A DNA stretch of 64,000 nucleotides from Takakia lepidozioides (lineage: Eukaryota > Plantae > Bryophyta): assembly GCA_030704615.1 (NCBI GenBank), contig CM060733.1:67890001-67954000 (forward strand), given 5' to 3'. Positions 24,961-36,113 of this stretch are shown here, in pieces. Under the pieces are notes generated by a model, which searched no databases, was not told where the DNA came from, and was given only the letters and a program-made list of their open reading frames with translations. Both the position numbers and the translations under genes were made by a program. The first letter of the stretch is position 1. Every line of letters starts with the position of its first letter.

Positions 24961-25173
24961 ATGTTGCAGGTTCAACCTCACTTTGAATGCCCGAGAGAAG
25001 GTTGCGTCAAGCCCACCGATACTAAATTTTCGTATTTCAACAACAACTCCATAAAGCAGCCACGTTACTTCTGCAAGGGGTGTAGAAAATACTTTCAACC
25101 GTATGGCCGTCAATACAAGGCGAAGGTGAAAAAAAAGGCAAACATCGACAACACTTCCTTAGCACACCTCTAG
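24961..25173 (+). pseudogene. Divergent Dof-type zinc-finger coding segment
   Basis: CPREGC...[22 protein letters not shown] versus the Dof consensus CPRC...TKFCYFNNY...QPRYFCKxCRRYW. TATA-like CTATATAA at ~24766. Confidence 0.8.
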
Positions 25174-26214
25174 CAGACCGGCAGACCCTTCGACAGAATA
25201 TATATTTGATAACACACATTACTACCGCAGTATATTTTGACAGATTTGAAAACCACACCTCGTGTTTATTATTCATTGCTCTTAACCACCACACTTACCC
25301 ACCACTTTCAACAAGTCCTTGCAATAACTAATGCTTTACGTGTATATTGTGGGCCCCACCAGACTAGCTTGTGGGGCAGACCTAGTAGTAAAGTGGCCGG
25401 GTGGGGGTGGGAGTATGGGCGCTCCCACCCTCCGCTACCCCCACTGCCACGCGCGGGCATTCATTACCCTATTATTGTTCAACTTGAATGGAAAATTCTT
25501 CCACTCTGTTGCTCAAGACCAACACTCTCGACAAACTGCCTCATGCCAGCCACCACCCATGGTACCACAACTCACTTATCCAGGTACAAGACCTCATAAT
25601 CCCTATTAGCTGAAGCATAGTCTCTGCACAAGCTCAGTTTCAAGCAAGGACTACTCGACATTCTCGATCTCCTCTCCCCAAGTTGCTTGGGCATATGGAC
25701 TCTCTCTACTTCAAACAATTTCTCATACCAATACCAGACAATGTCTGTTCAGTATGTACCTCTGTTTCCAATTATGTGACAAGGCCTCGCTCCTTTGTAT
25801 TATCCCTAATCTGTACTCACCGTTATTTGTTCATCGCTCTAACCCTCATCTCTTTCTTACAGGCTATTTTCAAAGTGTGGACCACTTAGCATTCTCTCCC
25901 CAAGCTACTTGGGCACACTGTCTCTCTCTATTTCAAACAATTTTAAACACTTGTTACTCTCCCCACACAGTTTTAGACAATGATTTTTACTCCATGTTCC
26001 TACTCGATTCTCATATATGTTATTTCTCGAACGACAGCCACTCAATACACTACCACTCTCCTTTACAAGATATTCGGAGCTACTAGCTACCTTGGGAAAA
26101 TGCTACCTTGGAAAAATGTTTCCCTTGGAGAATGTTACCTCATTTCACTACTATTCACATCATTTATTATCAGTCCTGGATTCACTCAATTACTATCACT
26201 CAACATTACCACTC

Positions 26215-26432
26215 TCTTTTACAAGGTCTTTCAAATGATTATCATCCATCATTTTCCAGCTCTCTTTCAAGTGATTATCATCCAACACTTTCAAGCTCTT
26301 TTTCAAGTGAATATCATCCATCACTCTCCAGCTCTTTTTCAAATGATTATTATCCATCATTCTCCAGTTCTCTTTCAAGTGCTTATCATCCATCACTCTC
26401 CAGTTCTCTTCTTTCAAGTGATTACCATCCAT
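26215..26432. repeat. 39-bp minisatellite, about 5 copies
   Basis: CTCTTTCAAGTGATTATCATCCATCATTCTCCAG-like unit, giving 13-aa periodicity in the overlapping ORFs. Confidence 0.85.
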
Positions 26433-26879
26433 CCCGCACCCACCAAATGGCCCAAGATAGAAGGCGCCATGTGCCTACACCAAATAAGATCAAACCCTTC
26501 CGCACTCATACACCCAACCGTCATCTCATTCATCCGTGGATGCGTTCATCCACGTCCCTGCCCAGAGCCATCCATCCACGCTACTCGCCTACTCACCTTA
26601 TAGCCCCAACACTAAAAACCACAACCCCCACCAACTGCCCTCTCATTCATCCACAGATACACCCACAACCAACACCATTAGTCGTTATCTTACTCCCTGC
26701 CCCCCCTACATCATACATATGTCCTTAAGTATATGCACCCCGCCCCCCCCCCCCCCCCCCCCCCCTTACTCCATCCCCAATATATTCCCCCTACCCACTC
26801 TATCTCTACCAGCTACTCTTACCCGCACTCGGCTCGCCCTCTACAAACCCCCCCTAACCCGACCCCCTTTACCAGCCTG

Positions 26880-28245
26880 TATACCAATAAAATAAACCAT
26901 ATAATATATCACCAAGTACAACCCCTCACCCACTGCCCCCATGGTCGGTTTCAACTACACCCAGAAAAATCAAAACACTTCTACCACCATCCCCCTGCCA
27001 CAAACAACCTGTACTCAAGTATTTGTTCAAATCTATTATTATTACGCTGCGGAGACATACACCCCAACCCCGACCCTCTTAATATTCAAGAAATTATGGA
27101 CACCCTTTCTATCAACTCTTAAGACAGACACACTCTCTATTTCCAACCAAACTCCCTGACACTAGTACATAGCTACCGACGCATCTCAGAACACTTCATG
27201 CCTTTTTTTCCCCACAGTCAACCTACTGATCACACCTCTACACAACCCATCACAACATTCGGTCTCCCCTCCAGTCTCTACCCAGCACTCTCAAAGACTC
27301 TTTCCAAACTCAAATCCTTCCCCACCGCACATATCCTCTTTTCCCTCATCGTCACCATCTCCCCTCTCCCGGAAACTTGTAATAACTATCTCCACTCGCA
27401 CTCGATTACCCCAATATGCACCTTCCTATCACAACTGCAACAATTACCACCCCAACCGCAAGCTACTAGCCCCCCCCCACTACTTGTCTGAGATCCACTC
27501 CTCTCTCAACATATTAAACTCCACAACTGGAGCAGTCCATAAAATTTTAGGGTACCACCTCGCAACAGTCACCCCAACCTCCCAAGATCTCATCCTCACC
27601 TCCAAAAAATTCCCATTTCTCTCCAAAAACATCCTCTCTGCCACACTCAGGGCAGCCACTCCGATACTTGGGTACGAACCTCCCACAACGGCACTACCCA
27701 TGACACCCCACCCGCCACCACCACTACCGATACCCCCCTACCCCCGTCCCCCAGCACTCTCACAATAAGTTCTTGGAATGTTGGTTCCTTAGCCACCAGT
27801 ATACAGAGCCTCCTCCATCTCTTCACAGAATCGTCACAGCCACACATTTTTCTCCTACAAGAAACCAAGTTACACACTACCAACAGCAGTAGCTCCTATA
27901 TAAATAAACTATTACCAAACTACTACATCCTATACAATAACCCCTTGACAGCCCAACAAGATCCGTACCCTACAAACCTACCCGGGGTGGTCTTGCACTA
28001 GGTATTCTTCGTACGCACCACTCCCCCAGTACCACCACCAAACTCACCATACCTCTCCCTCTCCGATCTCACCTTCAAATCATACAACTACACCCCCCAT
28101 CCTCATACACCTGTACATGCCTTCCCATACGGATGACCTTTCCCTTACACCAGACATACTACACACTATAATCAATACAATCACCCATACGGACTATCAG
28201 CAACACCATGTCATCCTCGCAGGAGACTTCAACAGAGATATTGCT
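26880..28245 (+). mobile_element. Truncated LINE: 2A-like peptide and APE endonuclease domain (degenerate)
   Basis: LLLLRCGDIHPNPDP (27033-27077); ISSWNVGSL, FLLQETK, YMPS, ILAGDFN (27757-28242); C/A-rich strand bias. Confidence 0.8.
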
Positions 28246-28854
28246 AGCTTAGTGCTGAAAAGCATGAACGCTTTTGAGGCTTCGCTGTGCAGGCGCATAA
28301 GTGCTTGGGGCGCGTTCTGATGGGCAGCCAGAATACTAGGTTGTTGGCTCGACCATGTGGGCGTGTGTAGTTCCTCGTAGCAGCAGGCCTTGTGTAAGAT
28401 GGGAGCGCTACATTCGGTCTGAAAACTGCAAAACTTCATGGAATCCATCAAAATAAAGCTGAGGAGAAGGGTTAGAGAGAGGCAGTAGAGGGGGTGGAGG
28501 AGTCTATGAGCAACATTACAGGGACGCCGCATATCGGCGTAGTAAGTAGCAACTTTGGCCATGGCGGCGATCGTAGCTAAGTCACTGGCGAGGATAAGAT
28601 AGCGGGAGCTCTAAAAACATTACAAAGAGAAGAGGATCTAGCTGGGAAGAAAGCGGAACCCTAGATAGTTAGTCATGACTAAGAAGTTAGTGGAGAACTC
28701 ATCAGGGAGGTGGAGCTCCACCCCCCGTCTCGTGGGAACCGGAGCACCCCTCTTCTGGTCGAGTATTGGTATGTTTTACCTAATTGAGCACACTCGCTGA
28801 ACATGCTGAAAGAGAAATGTGATGCAGGACAGAGGGCGGGGTCAGAAAGGAGGC

Positions 28855-29165
28855 AAGGGTGCAGCTGCATTGTGGTGGACAACCAGGTGTAGACATTTGT
28901 TGTAGAAGACTTGCATCCACAAACTGAGGTTATGCATGCTATGCTGAAGGGCAGATGAAAGTCCAGGCTGGGTATGACGTGCCTGACAGCCGCTTTGTGC
29001 TGCATGATGTGGAGGAGGAGCTTGAAAGGAATTTTCTCTTTACCACCACTGCAGTGAGAAGCTGGCAGTTGCTTTTGGACAGTTCAACCTTTGTGCGACA
29101 TGTGTTGACTGCCACACCGCCACCAAGTTCATCTCGCAGATATCTTCCTAGGATTCTTCCTCATT
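28855..29165 (+). pseudogene. PPR E+/DYW domain fragment
   Basis: GCSCIVVDNQV, GY.VPDSRFVLHDVEEE, HxSEKLAVAFG, C.DCHTATKFIS, broken by a stop and frameshifts. Confidence 0.82.
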
Positions 29166-29720
29166 GTCTCCAAACTTGACTCATTCAATCTGTATTCCGA
29201 AATAGTACACTTGTTCATATTCTTGAGCTTGTCCCCAAAGCCTGGATGGAGTGGCTTCCGGGAACTGTGATCTCATGAGCTTTGTAAGGGTACATTTAGG
29301 TGGAGCCCACACATGTGAACATAGCAAGCAGTTCGAGCTTCGCAGCTATGGCATCCTCGCTGCCTCGACGGGCACCTCCAGCAGCGCTTGGCGGGCAGTC
29401 CACGAGATAACATTCGTTAGCAATTGCTAACTTTTAGCCATAAGTGCGGCTGCACATTATCCCCAACTAACTAACCACTGCTTAACAATGGCTAACTAAC
29501 AGTGGCTAGCAATGGCTAGTTAGCCACCGGTGCGGCCGGGGCCTTAGTATAAGACACATCTGGGTTTTCCTAACTGCGACGTCATCTTGAGGTATGTATG
29601 TACTAGAGAACGGGCCGCGTTGGCCGATTCTGCCCTGTAAGCGGCCTTTGAGCGAGCCCGTCAGGGCGAGCCCTATGGCCGCGCACAGGGCAGAGTCGGC
29701 CAACGCAGCCTGTTCACTGG

Positions 29721-30005
29721 CGTTAAAAGCAGGTGTGGTGGATTCTCGCCGCTACGTGGCGCAATATGATTGAGGTTCGATTATCCCATATCGATTGCCC
29801 AGATTCAGAGCCCCGGAGAGGATAAAACGGGGCGAGCCTCAGGGGAAGGCGGGTGGGTTGATGGCCTGATGACATGGGCCTCGGTGGTAGGTCTGCCGTC
29901 CTCTGTGCGTAATCGGCCATCCCTGCCGATTTTGCCCTTGGTTGCTGATTCGGGCTGAGAATTAGGCCAAAAAAGTGGCAGAATCCGCCACACCTGCTTT
30001 TAACG
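29721..30005. repeat. ~29-bp inverted repeats bounding ~285 bp (MITE-like or transposon end)
   Basis: CGTTAAAAGCAGGTGTGGTGGATTCT(C)GCC ... GGCAGAATCCGCCACACCTGCTTTTAACG; no clear TSD. Confidence 0.6.
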
Positions 30006-30809
30006 TATAGAGGAAGGCCCTGAGTGGAGGGCCCTCCTCTGCGTAAAGAAACAGGCCTTTTTTTTTCTTTCCCGTTTTTGTCATTTTTGCTAAAAGAAAT
30101 ATAGAAAAATATATATATAGCGCGAAAAGAAAAGATTCGAACCCTAAGAGATGAGGGCACTGCATTATACCGGGTATAATGTGCACTGCGAGGCGGCGTC
30201 CCTTTCATCAGCCTCCATGGCATGTCATGTGAGGTTACTTTTTCCTCATGAATGAATTTCAAGGTCTCTCTAGGACCTTCAAACCAAAAAAATTAAAAAA
30301 AAGAAAAAAAGAAAAAAAAGTGCACTGTGCAATACACCGTGCCATATTGCCCCCGCCCGCACATTCAGGTAATTGAGCATGGAACATATTTAATACACTA
30401 AGAGGTTCTTTCCCAGTGGTCTGGCAGATAGAATTGACTTGAAGCTGTCAAATTAATGCAACTGAAGTGGAGGTAGCTGTTAGGGGAGAAATTGAAATCA
30501 TGTAATAATCAGCAAAGGAATGAGGTGTCCACAATGACAACCTACTCCATCACAAAGACTGAATCAAGTACAACCCATGACAATTTGTCAAATCACATGC
30601 AAACTCTTATAAATCCATGGTGCAGGATGAACCGACCATTCTTTCTTTATCAATGGCTGGTCTGAATACACCACAGTACATAAAAATTGGAGAGATTCAG
30701 CCCTGAAGAACTCGCAAAAAAATGTATCTGGGCTTCTACCCTACATATGTACTGCATTAGCAGCTCCTAATCCTGGAGAATGTTGCCGGCCAGGACTTAA
30801 AAATTACAA

Positions 30810-33800
30810 TCAGTGTGCAGCCATAACCTTTCGCTTCACTTTTCTCTTGGCAAAAATATTAGATGCTGCCCGTTGCTTGGCCTCCTTGGTTTGATCATTT
30901 TTGTCCTCAAAGAACCCAGAGATGAATCCCCTTGTTGGGATAACCCATCCAGCAACTGCGTCTGCTGAGAAAGAGGGCCGATGGTAGGCTTTTAACAGCC
31001 CATCAGGTTGAGCCACTGCAAGTTCTCCTAGTCCAAGCCAAGTGAGGCGTGTGACATCCCCGATTTGTAAGTTTAATACCCTGCCAAATAGCTCCAAGTC
31101 AGTGCAATTCTCCTAGAAATGTGCTTACAGGAAATTCATGTATCTTCCACTAACAGGAAAGACTCTCTGTCTACCATTCACAAGTGGCCGAGAAATGTAA
31201 GGAGTGAATCCGATCCTCCCAAGATAATTCACTTAGGCAGAATAAGTTAGAAGTCTCATCGGTACGGCAAAATGGAACATAAAGTTAATGTTTGTTCAAG
31301 TGATTTGAGTTTCTGTTTGGAAGGTTTTAGTAGCTTAAGAGATTGTTAGGCATCTTGCACACAATCTTACACCACAGTTTAAATTGTACAAGTAGGATAT
31401 ATTTCCAATTTCATAGAAGTACAGCTCATGTTTAAATCATACAAGTATGAAATTTTTCCCAGTCTCACTAGAGTAAAGCTCATGACACAAAAAGCACCTG
31501 GACCTCCTCCACTGTCCACAACTAGAATTCTCATTAGGCCGCTGAGTTACTTCTCCAATAAAAGATGGTGCCAGGCCCGGACATTACGGAGTTGTTCGAT
31601 AAGTGAAGTTCACAAAGTCAGCTAAAGAACAGTCACATACCTGAGGGCTGTGGAGCAAAAGATGACAACACCCAGATGATTGAAGTGCTGTTGCATAACC
31701 CTCTCTGCCCCATTAAGCAGCTGATACCGCAAGTTGCCCGAAAGTCCCAAGAACGCTCCATAGCTTAATGCACTTGTGCTGACAGAGGGAACTGGCACTG
31801 ATGTCCTGTATTTATTGAGAGGGAGACCACACCATATGGAAAACCATGTGAGCTTAAAGAAGCTTGTACCACAGATTATGAGACATAACAACCAAGCTAT
31901 GGGACAAGGCCAAAGATATTAGGAGAGAGTACATAAGCGTGCCCTGGAACAAAATAAACTGCAACGCCCTCTGCATCAAGTGGGCAGTGAATTGCAAAAT
32001 GAGAAACCTACGGCTGCTGATTTCTTGATGATGATGTGATCTTTGAAAGGCCTGCCCCTGCAGCCCCGACTGTCATGCCCACCAGGCTAAGCTCGGCAGC
32101 CTTGTAGAAGAAGCTGAGGATCCTCTTTTGCATACCAAATTCACGGAGGGGGTAGCTCTTGTCAAAGACATTGTTGGGTAGCTTTTGAATCGAGTTTTGA
32201 AAATCATACTTAAATGTCGACCCGTAGGAGCGGCTGGGGGCTAGCGACCATGAGATGGCCGCATTGCAAAGTGTCAATGTCAAAACATTTGCTGCTGCCA
32301 AATCCCATTCTTGTTTTATTCTGTCATGTCCATGCAAAAAGATCATGAGCTGATCTTTCTCAAAATGCCAAATAACTGTCCTCCAACAACTACTTTAGAA
32401 CTGCTCTATGAAAAAATATTACATAATTTGAAGCTTTCTTGTCTGAAATAATACATATTGGACAACTTCAGGCCTAGGATTTTACATCTTAGCACTAGGA
32501 CAACAGACAGACTGCTGCTTCAAGGACAATACATTCCAACTTTAGCAGTGTACTCTAAAAACCAAATCTGCGCTCCGCATGCCTGGCAAAGATACTTTAT
32601 CCACACTCTTCAGATGATCATTGTTTGCTGGGTCAGGAAATCAATTTGCTCAATAAATAAGCAGCTCAAAAAGTTGCATAAAAGTTCATTTTTACATTCC
32701 TCAGGGAAGGATGAGCATGTGACTGGCAGGGATCACATGGAAGTATGGGGGTCTAGATTCCCAATTGTGGAAATGGACCCCATGGCAGTCTCAAACTGGA
32801 GAAAAGAGCACGAGGTAAATGGAATCACATTAAACAACAAGATACCCACCTATTATACAAAGAAGGCCAAGACTTACCTGTCTCCGCGGTGTTGAACCTC
32901 CCACCACACACCAGAACCAAAGGTCGCAGTTTGCTCCAGCACTAGCTTGTACAAAAATGATGGATCTGCAAGCAACCTGTGCAACAGAAAACACCATGGA
33001 TTGCTCAACAAATCTGCTCCAAAGACGAATAATGAAGAAAACCAAGGAATGATGACACATACAGCAGTACTCCCACTTGGAAGTAATCATCAGAAAATCT
33101 ACTGCTGGACATCCTGCTAGAAGACTCCTACACTTGGCTGAGGCCCATAGCAGAGATCTAGGGAATGTATAATGCTTGATAAGGCCGCACCACAGCTTGT
33201 GAGGAAGACCTTGGTGACTAATTCATCACTCCACAAAACCATGCCATGCATGTTATGCCCCCGGGAAAGAAGTTCAACTAAGCACTTACCGACCAATAAA
33301 AGCCCTGGAAACCCGTTGGGGGACAACTCTTGACAAAACCCTTGATAATGTGGGCCTGGCGTTGAGCGACATAAACCTTGCCATCTGCCCTGAGCTTATT
33401 AACCCCTGATTCACATATAAGCAGAAAGCAGAACCATACCATCAGTGCAAATATAACATATGGTAAGGCAATCTTTCTGGACATCCCAAATAAAGTATTT
33501 CCAGAAGAAGCATACTGCCTCAAACAGGAGGTTGAGAAACCTTACCGCCATGGGGACTTACAAACTCTAATTAACTGTTGAAGAGGGTAAACCCTTACTC
33601 CTGAATCATCTCTTACACTCCAACAAGCAGTTTGAGCTCCTGGAGACAAAAACTGCTAGTTGGAGACAAGGTATTTACTTAAAAGCCACTGTGCTCAAGC
33701 GAATAGTTCTCACTGTTTGAGAACCTTACCAATTCAACAGCCTGACGTATCCCTGCTGGCAAATCACTAAGTGTCTTATACCACTCTTGCAAAACTGCTG

Positions 33801-34933
33801 CAACAATCTTCCGATCGAACACCTGTTGAACATAGCCAGGCCCAAGTCTTCGTCAGCATTTTCCCAAAGCATCTGGCATGTAAAGGACTACTTTGGCACA
33901 TCAACTTTGGCAATTGGAAAGTGCTCTTCGTTGAGCCAATTTTTTTATTCCTCCAAACAAAGTCAACAAGCCATTCCTTTCCACACTGAGTTCGCACGGG
34001 TAATTAGATTAGAAAGAGCAATTTTCCATGCATGTGATGAACGATGAACATCAGCAAGCATCTCGCATGAAGAGCCAAAGAGACTCACCTCTGGAACAGT
34101 CACCCGCCTTCCAAACAGGCCCCCATCATCTCCATCGTCATCATCACCATCTTCGCCAAAGTAATCATCATCATCACCACCATCATCCCCACCATCTCCA
34201 CCTCCATTGAAGTTCCTGTTTCCAATATTTCCTCCACCACCTCCTGCCTCCAACTGCCACAATCAAACAAACCAATTTGAGACAGGGTGACACTAGCCAC
34301 ATTCATGACTGAGACAAGAATTAAGGGTACCATTGCCTGATGTTTGGGAGGCCACAAAGCAGTAAAACCCAATCCAGCCTTAAGAGTCAAAGTTCCTTTG
34401 AGGCCTTGCAAATCCAGAGAAAGCTATTAGGTCATCTTGTAAGCTGTTATGCCAGGGCATCTCTAATGCATTCACCTGTTTCCACTGCAGAAGAATCTCA
34501 ATCATACCAGAGCTGTTCAAGATTTCCGAATCCAAGTTAGGTCGTCTAGGGTATGCCTGACAGTTTGTTATGCAGGAGGCTAGGTGCGAGTGTGAATCAA
34601 CATATGAGACGCAAACAGAGAATACATATTAGATTCTTGTCAAGGTTGGCTATACTCTTGATATGCATAAACAACCCCCGGTTCTTAACTCTCAAGAGCT
34701 GTTAAGAGGGTTACACCTCAAGAACCCTCCCCCCCCCTCCTCAAGAGATAAATCCCTCCTGGAATTGCCATTGCACTGCTGAAAAGCCAACGACCAGGGC
34801 ACGAATATTGATTTGCGGCCTAGCAATAATGTCAACGAAAAAAGTAACAATGTTGATCCTCCAACTGCTAAGGCAGCCCTCTAACCTAGGAGCCCTCTAA
34901 CTTGCAACGATGTGGCTGTGGTTGCGCTGCCAG

Positions 34934-34969
<36 letters not shown>

Positions 34970-35517
34970 AAGAGAAAGACAGAGAGAGGGAAATGTGCTA
35001 GCCGACCTAGTCCACCAAGACAATGTACAATTTTAGGGGACAAGCACATCATACAACAGATGACAGAGAAACACAATCTGCATGAGAAACTCTGCTGCTC
35101 AGGCATGGAGAAAAGTACCTGAGGTGCAACCCTAGAAGTTGATTGTGACAGGTCCAACTTCGACTTCTCCAGGGTCGCTCCACCAAAGGCACCATACTTT
35201 CCCTTCATTTCTGTGAGAACCGACCGGATAGAAAGGTTGGGCACTGCCTCCGCACTCTCCTCTTGGGGCGACCCAGTCTTACTGAAACTTCTGGCACCGG
35301 AGATGCTTGGCACTGCCTGCAATTTGCATGCTGCACTGAACGGCCTAATTGGCAGAAAAACGGCCTGATTACTCCCATACTGATGATTGCTGACATGAGC
35401 ACCGGACCTTGTGTGCAATTGAGTGCAGGGGTTCACAGTGAAGCATGCGGGCGAGAGCGCCATGACTGAACTTGCAAAGAACCTTTTCCAATCCAGAGAG
35501 ACCCTTGTCCTCTCCAT
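30810..35517 (-). CDS. RETICULATA-related (DUF3411) chloroplast envelope protein, 8 exons
   Basis: Exons 35517-35119, 34253-34089, 33822-33730, 33405-33290, 32976-32878, 32320-32012, 31805-31641, 31080-30810 with phase-compatible GT-AG introns. Transit-like N-terminus, Gly/Asp-rich tract, RLLADPSFLYK, QEWDLAAANV, LPNNVF, NLRYQLLNG. The start could be 35463. Confidence 0.9.
34936..34966. repeat. (AC)n microsatellite in intron 1
   Basis: About 15 AC units. Confidence 0.95.
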
Positions 35518-36113
35518 TGCAATCTACGAGGTGCTACGTGTATACCAATCCACGTGCCACGTTTATAATGACGTAATATTACATATTATTTTATTCCAAT
35601 ACAAAATTCAAAGATCCCGGGCACTGTTCACACGGCCCAAAGCCTACTGGAATCTTCGTCTGAACCCTAACTCGGGCTACTCTGTAAGTCACTTCACGGT
35701 TGGGCTCCCTCTTCTCTCTCTCTCTCACTCTCTTGGAGACCAAAACCCTCGTTGCCTTGCGCTTTTAGGTCATCGATCGCAAGGAGGCCGGAGGGGTTGA
35801 GGGACTCGGGCAGCTTCATCACGGGAAAAGTGGAAAGACAGAGAGAGGGAGAGGCTGGATGAGGAATTAGAGAAGCTGGATAAGTTGGGAGAGAGAAGTT
35901 TGTGATATGGGCATAGGATTTTGACCGAACACTGGTTCCGTCTGAGGGATCAGAAGGGGGTGGTTGCATTTGCACAAGGGTGATTGGTTTGACTGTCTGG
36001 AACATTTCAGGTCATGCTGCATAGAAAGAGTTGGAGTGACAGTGACATTAAGGCGGTAGAGCAGCGCTTTGACTGGTAAATTCAGTCTCCAGAGGGAGAC
36101 GCAAGCCGTTGCC
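35518..36113. promoter_or_regulatory. Probable bidirectional promoter and 5' UTRs
   Basis: About 600 bp between divergent ATGs. G-box CACGTG (35551), site II-like GGCCCA (35634), telo-box-like AACCCTAA (35663), CT-rich tract. Confidence 0.55.

Noticed and set aside
25980-26728. 207-aa and 206-aa ORFs as genes
   Set aside because: Largely products of the 39-bp minisatellite; no recognisable domain.
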